A DNA stretch of 63,565 bases, filler included, from Reticulomyxa filosa (Eukaryota > Protista > Foraminifera): NCBI GenBank assembly GCA_000512085.1. It is 17 parts of 17 records of this genome, joined end to end, with 100 filler letters (N's around TTAATTAATTAA, not from the genome) between each part and the next. Parts side by side here need not be neighbours in the genome. Positions count along the whole stretch, not along the records: positions 52,180 to 55,631 come from ASPP01004461.1; positions 55,732 to 57,973 come from ASPP01008368.1; positions 58,074 to 59,515 come from ASPP01029430.1; positions 59,616 to 61,233 come from ASPP01022613.1; positions 61,334 to 63,565 come from ASPP01024648.1; 12 more parts are not named here. One strand, 5' to 3'. Below the pieces are notes generated by a model. That model was not told the DNA's origin. It searched no databases and was given only the letters and a program-made list of their open reading frames with translations. The translations under genes were made by a program, and so were the position numbers. This document shows, piece after piece, positions 52,826 to 63,565 of the stretch (position 1 is the stretch's first letter; each line of letters begins with the position of its first letter).

Positions 52826-54739
52826 CAGAAATAATTAGCGGAAAGACGCCTTCTTTTTTCTCATTCAGCTGTGCTCCCTTTTCTGTTTCTTCTTTTTTTC
52901 TCCCCTTTTGTTGCTCTGTTTCTCGGTTGTTCGTTTGTTATGCATTACATCAATCATGAAAAAGTGATTGTATTTTTTTTTTTTTTTTGTTTGTTGTTGT
53001 TGAGTTGTTTGGTCTTTTTTAATAATTACTATTTTTTTTTTCCGTGCAATCATTTGCTTTCCAGGTGATCCTTTTTGGTTGTTGGTTTTTTTATTTGTTA
53101 ATGTTTTATCATGATGTTCATTTCTTGCGAGAAAATCATCACATGTGGGCTAATTGTAAACTTTTCTGTTATACATATATATATATTCATTTATCTTCTT
53201 TTGAAGATTTATTGAGTTACATTTAATTTTTTCACGCACCCCTTTCCCTTTCTCTCTGCTCTTCCCACTGCCCCTCCTCCCCTTCTGCTCTTCACCATTT
53301 TTTTACATCCCCTTCTGTACACCTTTGTGTGCAAGAATGAAAAAAAAGACCTGCTGTTTTGAAACAATTGTTTGATGAGTTGTGTAACATTTTGGTGTTA
53401 ATAGATGCATTAGATTTGAGAAGGGAGAGGGAACAAAACAACTACAACGAATATTGTTAAAAATTTTATTTAAAAAAAAAATTTTGTTTGATTATTGTGA
53501 TGCCAAAAAAAAAAAGAAGAAAATAAGCCTCTTTTGAGATAAAAGAAAAAAATGATTCAGCTTCTGCCAGTTGTTCTTTTTGCAAAAGGTGCAATAAAAA
53601 TTGAAAATGTAAAAAGTTGCATTTTGTTTTTGGGTCAAGTGAACAAATAATGATAGTCAAAAAAATGTAAGCAGCACTTGTTTTGGAGAATTTTTTGTGC
53701 ATGGGACACATTTTATATATGAAAAAAAACTGGAAATGTCATGAGCCTTTAAAAATGTTGTATACGAAGTGTTTAATACAGTCTTTGAATTAGAATTTTT
53801 TTGCATTCTTAAGTGGGATTCGATACTTTAATCAATAGTAAGAAAGTACACAACAATAATACTAAGTTTATTGGACAAGAAAAAACAGTAAAACATTTAA
53901 GTCTTATCCAAGAAAATACCTTTTTTTTTTTGAGCAAGTCTGTGCACAACACAATTTGTTTTTTTTTTTTTGCAGTCAAATTTTTTGAGATAGGTACATT
54001 TTCTTTTTATTTGTTATTTTGAGTGCATGACCACAATGTCTTTTTTTTGCCTTTTTTTTTGGTTTATTTCCACAGCGTCATCAGGTTTGGATTTTCGTTT
54101 TTTTTCTTGTGCTTTGTTTTTTGCTGAGTGGGAGCAGTAACCTGGAGAACTCTCGACATTTGTGCACTTTCGTTATTCCCTTGCAAAAAAGCTGTTATTG
54201 TTGTGTATATTTTCTTAAGGGTTTGAAACTGTAAGCGGCTTTGACAGCTTGTGTGGGTGTTGTTATAGTCTTTTTCTCACACCGTTCCCTTTTATACGCT
54301 TCTAAGTACTTTTGTCTTTTCTTCATAGTAGACCTAGGGGAAATTGTTTTTTTTGCAGTCTCAAAAAAAAGGTTGATTTTTCAAAAAAAAGGTCATTATC
54401 TTTGTGGTGGCTATTTTTGGTTTGTGGTGATGAAGTAGCACTTGCATTTTTTATGTTTTTTAAAAGTTCATTACCGAAAGAAGATATTTGGAATTAAAAA
54501 AAACAAAATGGACACAAATTAAAAGACAAGTTTTGCGGCGATAAGTAATTACAGTTAGCAAATTTTGCTTGCTAGACATACACAAAACAAGTGCATTGAT
54601 TTTGGGAGGGGTGGAGATCCGCATTCAAACATCCATTGAACAAAGAGACCCTTTTCAGTGTTTGGAATTTTTTTTTTGTTTAAAGAAAAGATACAACGAT
54701 AGAAACTCAGATGTGTGAGCAAATTTGCAAGTCGACAAG

Positions 54740-55620
54740 CTAATCAACACAGTCACATGGATCAACACGTCCACAATCTCCGTTGCATCGAACGCAAAAC
54801 AAGAGAAGAACAACAAGCATCCACAGGATTCCAGCAGCAACACCTATGGGAACCACAACCGCCAAAAAGCAAAGTATGATCAAAATTCGATTCAACCATC
54901 GCGGGAAGCAGGACGGACAACGACAAAATTGAGGTGTGTGTTGAGCTCCTGGACAGCCAAAAATATTCCTATTTTATTATTAATTATTAAAATTTGTTAT
55001 TGCTTTGGCTTATGATTATCCCAAGTGAATTATTCTTTATTTCACGCAAAGACAACATTAACATACCACCACTGAAAATGTTCCGAGTTGTAAGCACCAC
55101 GACAGATCCAGCAGAATTCGTAAGTGCAAGAAGCGCAGGTCATATGGTTGCATCCCTCATTTTTTTCGATTCGAACGCGACATCGCGGGCACTTTTGAAC
55201 GTCTTTGTTCAAAGACCACGCTTGCAATCCAATGTCCCCAATTGCATCGTTGCTATTGCATCCGTTAAAATATCCATGCCATGGTTGGCTACAATTGAAA
55301 CATTGTGCTGAGCTGCACACTATATACATGTTATATAGTGTAATACATGCATTACATGCATTACATATTGCCGCCAAACAATAAAAATATAAAAGTTATT
55401 ATTGCAATTCAACAAAGCCAAAGAATACATAGAGAAATGAACCTGGACAAACTAGTTTGGGCTTCCAACGCGAGCCAATCATGTGTCCTTCACAATTGGG
55501 TCGCAAGCAAAATCTCGCGTTGGGGTTTAGCATCAATAACTTGTTCTTTTTGAATGAGCGATATTTCGCCAGCAACTCCGGATCGCGCAAGAATTTTACA
55601 AACTCTTCTTCTCTGATATT
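54740..55620 (-). CDS. RBR (RING-IBR-RING) E3 ubiquitin ligase with a C-terminal hydrophobic anchor; 5'-partial
   Basis: IBR NPNARFCLRPNC...CFNCSQPWH; RING2 QKCPRCRVRIEKNEGCNHMTCASCTYEFCWIC; tail VVVPIGVAAGILWMLVVLLLF followed by a Cys-rich end; stop at 54740. Confidence 0.88.
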
Positions 55621-55731
55621 TTATTTATTTANNNNNNNNNNNNNNNNNNNNNNNNNNNNNNNNNNNNNNNNNNNNTTAATTAATTAANNNNNNNNNNNNN
55701 NNNNNNNNNNNNNNNNNNNNNNNNNNNNNNN

Positions 55732-56747
55732 AAGTGGCACCGCGTAACGTGCTGCGCCGCGTACTGAAAATGTACGAAGACAAGGGCTGGGCGCCGGTTG
55801 TGGCACCCGAGATGGAGTTCTACCTGCTGTCGCCGAACCCCGATCCGGACATCCCGCTGGCACCGCCGGTTGGCCGTACCGGTCGCGCCGAATTCGGCCG
55901 TCGCTCCTACGCCATCGATGCGGTCAACGAGTTCGACCCGCTGTTCGAAGACATTTATGACTATTGCCACGCCCAGAACCTGGAAGTGGACACCCTGATT
56001 CACGAGATCGGCACCGCGCAGATGGAAATCAACTTCCTGCACGGCAATGCGCTGGACCTGTGTGACCAGGTGTTCCTGTTCAAGCGGACAGTGCGCGAGG
56101 CTGCATTCCGCCATAACATGTATGCCACTTTCATGGCCAAGCCGATGGAAGGCGAGCCGGGCAGCGCCATGCACGTGCACCAGAGCGTGTGCAGCATCGA
56201 AACCGGCAAGAACATCTTCAGCAACGCCGATGGCAGTGCGTCGGACGACTTCCTGCACTTCATCGGCGGTCTGCAGCACTACCTGCCGGAGTGCATGCCG
56301 TTCTTCGCCCCGTACGTGAACAGCTACCGTCGCCTGTCGCGCTACACCGCCGCGCCGACCAACGTGGAGTGGGGTTACGACAACCGCACCGTCGGCCTGC
56401 GCGTACCGCACTCGTCACCGGCTGCCCGCCGCGTGGAAAACCGCGTACCGGGCGTGGACGTCAACCCGTACATCGCCATGGCCGCCACCCTGGCCTGCGG
56501 CTACCTCGGCATGGTCAACAAGATCAAGCCGCGTGACCCGCTGTCCAGCGACGCCTACGAACTGCCGTTCCAGTTCCCGCACGGCACCGAAGAAGCGCTG
56601 GTGCGCCTGAAGAACTGCAGCGACATCGCCGAGATCCTTGGCCCGCGCTTCGTGAAGATGTATGTGGGTATGAAAGAGAAAGAATTCTCCGAGTACTTCC
56701 GCGTGATCAGCCCGTGGGAACGCAAATTCCTGCTGCTGCACGTGTAA
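55732..56747 (+). CDS. Bacterial glutamine-synthetase-family protein, probably gamma-glutamyl-polyamine synthetase (PuuA/SpuB/PauA-like); 5'-partial
   Basis: APEMEFYL, HEIGTAQMEIN, FMAKPMEGEPGSAMHVHQS, WGYDNRT, RRVENRVPGVDVNPY and C-terminal ISPWERKFLLLHV; directly upstream of a polyamine aminotransferase; GC-rich bacterial codon usage. Confidence 0.9.
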
Positions 56748-56773
56748 CACCATAACGACAACGACGATACGCC

Positions 56774-56807
56774 GCCGCCTGCGGCCAACCCTGGTCCCGC
56801 AGGCGGC
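56774..56807 (+). other. Intergenic 11-bp perfect stem-loop upstream of the AGGAG ribosome-binding site
   Basis: GCCGCCTGCGG (56774-56784) pairs with CCGCAGGCGGC (56797-56807). There is no U-tract, so it is not a typical intrinsic terminator. AGGAG is at 56814-56818. Confidence 0.6.
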
Positions 56808-56825
56808 ATCTACAGGAGAGTAGAA

Positions 56826-57973
56826 ATGACGCAGCAACGCAATACCGCAGCCTGGCGCGAAATGGATGCCGCTCACCACCTGCACCCCTTTACCGATACC
56901 GCTTCGCTGAACGAGCAGGGTGTGCGCATGATCACCCGTGCCGATGGGATTTACCTGTGGGATAGCGAAGGCAACAAGATCATGGACGGCATGGCCGGCC
57001 TGTGGTGCGTGAATATCGGCTACGGCCGCAAGGACCTGTCCGACGTGGCCAAGCGCCAGATGGACGAACTGGCCTACTACAACACCTTCTTCAAGACTTC
57101 CCACCCGGCGGTGGTGGAGTTGTCGCACCTGCTGGCCGAGGTGGCACCGCAGGGTTTCGACCACGTGTTCTACACCAACTCCGGCTCCGAGTCGGTAGAC
57201 CCATGATCCGCATGGTGCGCCGCTACTGGGACGTCAAAGGCAAGCCGCAGAAGAAAACCCTGATCGGCCGCTGGAACGGCTACCACGGCTCCACCATCGG
57301 CGGTGCCAGCCTGGGTGGCATGAGCTATATGCACGAACAGGGCGACCTGCCGATTCCGGGCATCGCCCACGTTGAACAGCCGTGGTACTACAAACACGGC
57401 AAGGACATGACGCCGGAAGAATTCGGCGTGGCTGCGGCGCGCTGGATCGAAGAAAAGATTCTGGAAATCGGTGCCGACAAGGTAGCCGCTTTCGTCGGTG
57501 AGCCGATCCAGGGTGCTGGTGGCGTGATTGTGCCGCCGTCCACCTACTGGCCGGAAGTGGAGCGCATCTGCCGCAAGTACGACATCCTGCTGGTGGCCGA
57601 CGAAGTGATCTGCGGCTTTGGCCGTACCGGCGAGTGGTTCGGCCACAGCCACTTCGGTTTCACCCCGGACATCTACACCACGGCCAAGGGCCTGTCGTCC
57701 GGCTACCTGCCGATCGGCGCGGTGTTCGTCAACGACGAAGTGGCCGCCACGCTGGCGGCCGGCGGTGACTTCAACCACGGCTTTACCTATTCCGGCCACC
57801 CGGTAGCCGCCGCCGTGGCGCACGCCAACGTGAAGGCACTGCGCGACGAAGGCATCGTGCAGCGCGTGAAGGAAGACATCGGCCCGTACATGCAACGGCG
57901 CTGGCGCGAAACCTTCAGCCAGTTCGAGCATGTGGACGACATCCGTGGCGTCGGCCTGATCCAGGCGTTCACG
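56826..57973 (+). CDS. spuC: Class III PLP-dependent omega-transaminase (putrescine:pyruvate aminotransferase, SpuC / Chromobacterium CV2025-like); frameshift at ~57200, 3'-partial
   Basis: DAAHHLHPFTD, DGMAGLWCVNIGYGR, TNSGSESVD(T)MIRMVRRYW, GYHGSTIGGASLGG, DEVICGFGRTG, AKGLSSGYLP (PLP lysine) and HGFTYSGHP. GACCCATG lacks one A relative to GAC-ACC-ATG. Confidence 0.92.
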
Positions 57974-58073
57974 NNNNNNNNNNNNNNNNNNNNNNNNNNN
58001 NNNNNNNNNNNNNNNNNTTAATTAATTAANNNNNNNNNNNNNNNNNNNNNNNNNNNNNNNNNNNNNNNNNNNN

Positions 58074-58541
58074 ATACTCATCCCGTAAGAACAAGAGCGC
58101 AATAACAGCAATAGTGATTCAAAGTGGTGGGCATGGATAAAAAGGATTAACTCCAACATGTCCAAGAAATGTTTCAAATTTGGAGTCAATAGGAGTGTAA
58201 ATACATGATTTGCTCAAGGAGCTACTAAAATTTTTCCAGTGATAAATAGTGGAACTCTATTAAGTATTTCATAAATGTCATCCATAATCTTGCTACGAAC
58301 AAAGGGATGAATTAAAATTTGACAAGAATGACAAAATAGACTGATGAAAATGACAAACAATGCTTCTCCAACAATGAATGGATAAATTTCAAAGAAATAA
58401 TTTTTATATGTGCATCCACTTCGTGTTCTTTTTACTATTTTGTTTTTGCTTTTTTAAAAATTTTATTGTTCTACCTTTGCTGTTATTGCTAGTAGAATGA
58501 AGTTGTTCACCGATTTTTTCTTCATTAATCGAAGACATGCT
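58074..58541 (-). CDS. 5' exons of an unidentified gene, head-to-head with the Oxa1-like gene
   Basis: MSSINEEKIGEQLHSTSNNSK, a GT-AG intron, then VDAHIKIISLKFIHSLLEKHCLSFSS. The downstream frame is ambiguous. Confidence 0.3.
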
Positions 58542-58909
58542 ATGCGTATAGGGATAATTTTCCAATAGTCGAACTTTCCGGACGTAATTTTGAGTTTTTG
58601 TTACCTTGCAAACATAAAGTGACGAATTTTTCGTTAAAAAGGTGAGTTTCTTATTTAGCTTTATCAACTCTTAATAGGATATGACTGGTTTTACTGTAAC
58701 CGTTGGTGAAACATGTTCACTAAAATCAGGCGGACATATTAAATATGTTTCATTTTTCTACTTAGATCTTTATCTAACAACCGCAAGCAACTAAAATTTT
58801 AGCTTTCAAAGTTGTTGTTTTTTTTTTTTTTGAAAAAGACAGAAAATGGAGACCCCTTTCTAAAATTATTATTATTAATATTGACAAGCTAGTATTCGTC
58901 GAGTGAGTG

Positions 58910-59514
58910 ATGTCAATATTTTCATCATCTCGTTCCTTCAAACATTGGGGGAGCACAATTTGTGGTTCCAAGCTGTGGTCAGTCGGAGGATGCTCATCAC
59001 GATTGTACCTACTCCATGGTTCGGGCGTGCGCATGGAGACAACAGCAGCGAGCAGTGCGCAAGACTCATTGCAAGAGCTTCGAGACTTTTCAGCGATGTA
59101 TATCCACAAGCAAATGTCAGAGAGTGGTAAGCGTGAGCGGTATAAAAACCCGTCAGAAGAGTTGTTGGGAATGGGATGGGAGACACAGATCCGCGACGAA
59201 TGGTTGCGTTCTCCATCGCCCGACGACCGCATGATAAATGCGTTTCTACCCGTCAAATCGATCCAAAATGGGATCGACTATCTGCATGACTTTATGCCAT
59301 ATTGGGGCGTAGCCTTGTGTCTGCCTTTCATCACCAAGCTGTTGTTCATTATCCCAACGATTGTGTGGTGCTCCAAAAGTCAAGCAAAAAATTTGCACCG
59401 TCTTCCTGACGCATCCAAAGAGGTGAGAATTGCACGAATTTTGTATGCAAAGGACTCAAAGCGAATGTATGTAGAATTGAATGCAGTTGAGTGCAAACAA
59501 AAAAAAAAAAAAAA
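58910..59514 (+). CDS. Oxa1/Cox18/YidC-family mitochondrial insertase, N-terminal part; 3'-partial
   Basis: Ser/Arg-rich presequence-like start, then LPVKSIQNGIDYLHDFMPYWGVALCLPFITKLLFIIPTIVWCSKSQAK, matching the Oxa1 'PV..IQ..L...H....PWW..I...T...R....P' segment. Confidence 0.6.
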
Positions 59515-59614
59515 ANNNNNNNNNNNNNNNNNNNNNNNNNNNNNNNNNNNNNNNNNNNNTTAATTAATTAANNNNNNNNNNNNNNNNNNNNNNNNNNNNN
59601 NNNNNNNNNNNNNN

Positions 59615-61093
59615 NCAAATGCAAATGCAAATGCAAATGCAAGTACAAGCGCAAGTGCAAGTGCAAAGTGCAAGTGCAAGTGCAAATGGAAGCGCAGCGC
59701 AAGCGGATAAATACACGGAATTGGACGACAACTGGTGCGAGGCCTTGAAAGGTGAGTTGTTGACAATCGACTCGGAGAACAAGAAGAAGATAAGCAAGTG
59801 CGACAAGAAGCCACACTGGAGTTCGTGCTATGGCAAGGGACTAATAAGCGATCGCAGTCTACGCGAAAAGAACATAACGATGGAATGGTGCATAAAGATC
59901 GAGCGGCTGAGCCAAGGCAAGATCAAAAGCAAACACGACACTCCACAAGTGACAATTGGAATATCTTCGGATCGCTCCAGCGAAGCCAAGGAACACAGCA
60001 ACGGTAATTTCAGTCGATATCAAAGCGGGATTGGAATTGACAATTTGGGATTTGTCAGTCATGGCTATGAGCCCATGCTTCATGGTGACAAAAGTATTGC
60101 TTATCAAGAGGGAGACACGGTTTCCATCTTTGTCAATTCATTGTATATGAAGGTTCAAATCAATCGTGGTCCAGTCGTCACTGTCTGTGATTGGAAAAAG
60201 CAAGAACCAAATCAAAACTCGGAACAAGAAAAACATTATCGTCTCGCCGTGTCGTTGTGGACGGAACTAGATTGCGTTTCGATTGTCTATGTTCGAATGC
60301 ATGGAGTTGCCCAATCTGGCGACGGTACCTTTGATCAAGTTGTTGATTTTTCCACCACCGAATTAGAAGAGTGGGAAAGACACGAACAGGAACAGCAAAA
60401 AATGGAACTGTCCGCCATGAGAGACCGTGGCAGAACTGTGTCCGAATTGCGAACCCAATTTACTAATTTGCAAAAACAAAACGAAGATTTCAAGGCATTG
60501 CTTACACGATTTCAACAAAAAGACAAGGAACAACTTCTTCAAATTGAACGGTTGGAAAGTACCATTGAAAAAATGAAACAACAACAACAACAACAATCCC
60601 AAGGTACTGCTACTGCTAATGGTACTACTACTAATCATACTGATGACCATCAAACTTTGGGCGGTGATCCTGATAATGATCCATCATCGTCATCGCCTCA
60701 CGTATTTTTTTTTTTTTTTTTTAAATCTATGCTAATAGAGCTATATATCATATATTGCATATATACATATACTTATCTCATCTCTAATTTATTTAATGCA
60801 TACATATTTGTGTCATATAATGTCTTTACACATTTAAGATGTTTTGCTTTTTTTTTATATTGCGCTATTTCATTCACCAGTTACTGCCAGCTCAAACTGA
60901 AACACCACAGTTTACAACATACCAAGAATTGCTTGCTGCTAATCTTCAGTTGCAGTCTGAGATCGTTGAGATGAAAGTTGAAATGCAACGAGTTGTCTCC
61001 AGTAAATTGGAGTTAATTCGTTCGAGTACACAAGAAATCAATCAGCTAAGAAATTTAGTTCGTGTGCTGATGACACATCCTAAACAACGTTGA
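59615..61093 (+). CDS. SPRY/B30.2-like domain protein with C-terminal coiled coils; 5'-partial, intron 60702-60880
   Basis: EWCIKIERL...VTIGIS...YQEGDTVSIFVN...YRLAVSLW is SPRY-like. Heptad-rich segments follow, and splicing joins to LLPAQTETPQFTTYQELLAANLQLQSEIVEMK...; stop 61093. Confidence 0.6.
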
Positions 61094-61899
61094 TCTAATG
61101 AGGATGGAGCTCAATACGCAATCCTGACCAATCCACTTTTTTGGTTAGGAGTTTTAAAACTTTTTTTGCTGAATTCTCTGCTTTTTTTTTGTTGTTTGTT
61201 GTTTTGCTTTTTCCTTTTTCCTTTTTTTTTTTTNNNNNNNNNNNNNNNNNNNNNNNNNNNNNNNNNNNNNNNNNNNNTTAATTAATTAANNNNNNNNNNN
61301 NNNNNNNNNNNNNNNNNNNNNNNNNNNNNNNNNGGAGGAAAAATCAAATTAAATCAACTTTATTCATTTTCATATCACAACATGTCAACTCATCCTTTTT
61401 TCTTTTCATTCAAGTTTCACTGAATTTCGTCCTTCCTTCTTTTAACTTGTCATCATTCAAAATAGTCATTACAAAAATAATACGATTATCAATTTACTTG
61501 GGAAAAAACTTAAAGTTGATCACGATACAATCAGATTGTATTTAAAACATTATCAATCATCTTAACAGTCGCAACCACGAAAAGTGTACTGCCCCAGATT
61601 TTTTGGTAAATTCCAATCGCAGCAAAAAGTAAGAAGTTTTAATCTGAACCTTAACACTTTTAGTGATACATATTTTTGATATAAGTAATTCAAAAAGAGT
61701 TTATCAAATATATCTTTAACACAAGTTGTTTTTCACAAAAAATTCACCAAAACCTCCACATTTAAAAAAAAGTCTAGTTCATACAATCTAGTAATTGTTT
61801 TTATTTCACTTGTAGTTTGAGTCATTCTACCAATTTCACCGTTTAAAGACTTATCAGCACGCGTTGCACTGTAAAATGTCAAACAAACTAAGTTAGTAT

Positions 61900-62700
61900 A
61901 AAATTAGTCTGGCAACCGGACAATTGGAAAATATTTAGTATTACATAGATATTAGCATAGAATTTGGCGTTGATAATAATGTTATTAGTATGCTACATAA
62001 AAAAATTGCAGCCATTGGGTGTTCACGCAGAAAAAATTATTCACAAATATAAAAAAAGTGATTTGCATATGATTATATGCAAATAAAACGAAGATTTGCA
62101 CAGATAAATGCAAGACTGCTATAGATATTGACACAAAGATAGAAATTGAACATTACAAAACTAAGTTTGACTACAATAAGACGAATTTTAAAATTGGAGT
62201 GGCTGTCTTAAAGTTAAAAAACAACTGCTTATAATATATCATCGTCAATTGCGAATTTAATTTGCATTATAGTATCGAAATTGGACAACTGAAGATTGTC
62301 ATAAAGTTGTGTTCAGCGATTAACTCGCATAAAACGAATCAACAGTGACTGAAAACAATATTGTTGGCGACTAGTAAACGAATATATATCTTTTCACATC
62401 AGTAAGCATATTGTCAATAATTTTTGATATAATTTTATTGGTAGTGAATTTGAAATAAATATATATTATCAGGATAATACTATGTGCACAAAGCGACATT
62501 GTTAATGCAAAATTTTACAAATAAATGTATAACATTGCTCGAGAATCCATAGCAGTATACTAGTCTTGACACTATTGAAAATTTATGACGCATCATCAAG
62601 CTCAAATTGCATAGCAATTGTAATATTCACAATTAAGAGTAGCTTTGAGAAGCGTTTGTTTTTTTTTAACAAATAGATATACGCTTTTTCTAAACAATTG
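61900..62700 (+). pseudogene. Highly decayed TPR-repeat-like pseudogene debris
   Basis: Short fragments such as IEFGVDNNVISMLH and DTKIEIEHYKTK loosely resemble kinesin-light-chain-type TPR repeats, interrupted by many stops. Confidence 0.25.
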
Positions 62701-63565
62701 CCCAGCTGCAAGAGCGCAAACAACAACGACGACAAAGGAAATTGCCGATATAATAAGATAAAGTCAAAGTCTGATATAAAAACAGATAAGACAAGGTCGT
62801 TGCGGACAGTTAGATATTATGACATTAAATCGAACATTGACTTTGTAATTTGTCATACCAATTAAATAGACATTTTTGCCAAGTTCACTTACAAACATGC
62901 AAGTACAACAACAATGACGATGACGACGACATCAATCACTACAAATATAAAGCTTTAAATATTATTCTGACTGATAAGTATGTACTGTTTCTCATTGCTA
63001 GAGTTTACGCAAAGTTACAAAATAATTTCGTGTAAGTCAGTAATGTTTATGCAAATTGAAGCTGACGTTCAATCATAAAAACATAAAAAGTTTGTTATGT
63101 AAGAATAATATTGTGTTATTGCTTTGTACTGTTAGGACCTAGTTATGCATTTAACATTGATATATGTGTTAATACAGAAATTTACAAAGAAATTTTATGT
63201 AATGAAATGATCAAAAAACATTAATAGTGTTTAGAATATAATGAAAATTGGATATTTCTCAAGATAATGCCACCAGCCACATAGCAATTATAGCAAAAGA
63301 ATAGTTTGAACAAAATGATATCAAAGTATTCGATTTCCCTAAAAATTCTACAGACCTGGACCAAATCGAAAGTCTATTGTAGATAGTGAAAACAAAACTA
63401 ATATTTTTTTTACAAATATCTACGCATTCAGAACTTTCTGAAAATGCTAAAAAAAAGTTGGCAAGTTTCATGGTTACGACATATGAACGATTGTCAACTT
63501 TTTCTCGAAAATTTTCAAAAATGAATAAAATATTCAAATTTTTTAAACAATTAGTAAAGATTTAA

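Noticed and set aside
55680-57931. Long minus-strand ORFs 55680-56411, 56415-57164 and 57170-57931
   Set aside because: Antisense shadow ORFs typical of GC-rich coding DNA; the + strand carries recognisable enzymes.
25661-57973. GABA transaminase and putrescine-pathway genes in one window, suggesting a polyamine-to-GABA cluster or HGT
   Set aside because: They lie on different contigs from different domains of life; their co-occurrence comes from concatenation.
1188-61333. Sixteen identical TTAATTAATTAA motifs flanked by Ns, superficially a repeat array or recombination sites
   Set aside because: Fixed N44-12-N44 layout with six-frame stops: an artificial contig joiner. Neighbouring contigs have no implied synteny.

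Overview
This window is not one locus. It is 17 unrelated contigs joined by an artificial 100-nt spacer (N44-TTAATTAATTAA-N44). Fifteen contigs are AT-rich eukaryotic DNA with short GT-AG introns and long homopolymer/microsatellite runs, and the genes encode poly-N/Q/E low-complexity proteins. The style suggests a rhizarian/foraminiferan protist such as Reticulomyxa, but that is an inference. The largest contig (4730-26734) carries seven intron-containing genes: a CaMK-family kinase, a SAM-domain protein, a membrane-anchored Slob/PXK-like pseudokinase, SF3B3, an IQGAP/GAPA-like RasGAP, a 7TM-RGS protein and a GABA transaminase. Smaller contigs hold a Pho80/CYCU cyclin, a C2H2 zinc finger, an RBR E3 ligase, rhodanese, SPRY and Oxa1-like fragments, and decayed non-LTR and Tc1/mariner elements. 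Two contigs are bacterial: a TonB-dependent receptor fragment, and a glutamine-synthetase-family gene plus a Chromobacterium-type omega-transaminase. Single-base frameshifts at homopolymers occur in both bacterial and eukaryotic genes and look like sequencing errors. The most unusual biological signal is the intron grammar: donors are mostly GTT rather than GTRAG, A-rich tracts often replace the polypyrimidine tract, and several introns have complementary U- and A-tracts that could fold into hairpins. I found no CRISPR array, tRNA or rRNA, and no clearly supported novel multi-gene system.
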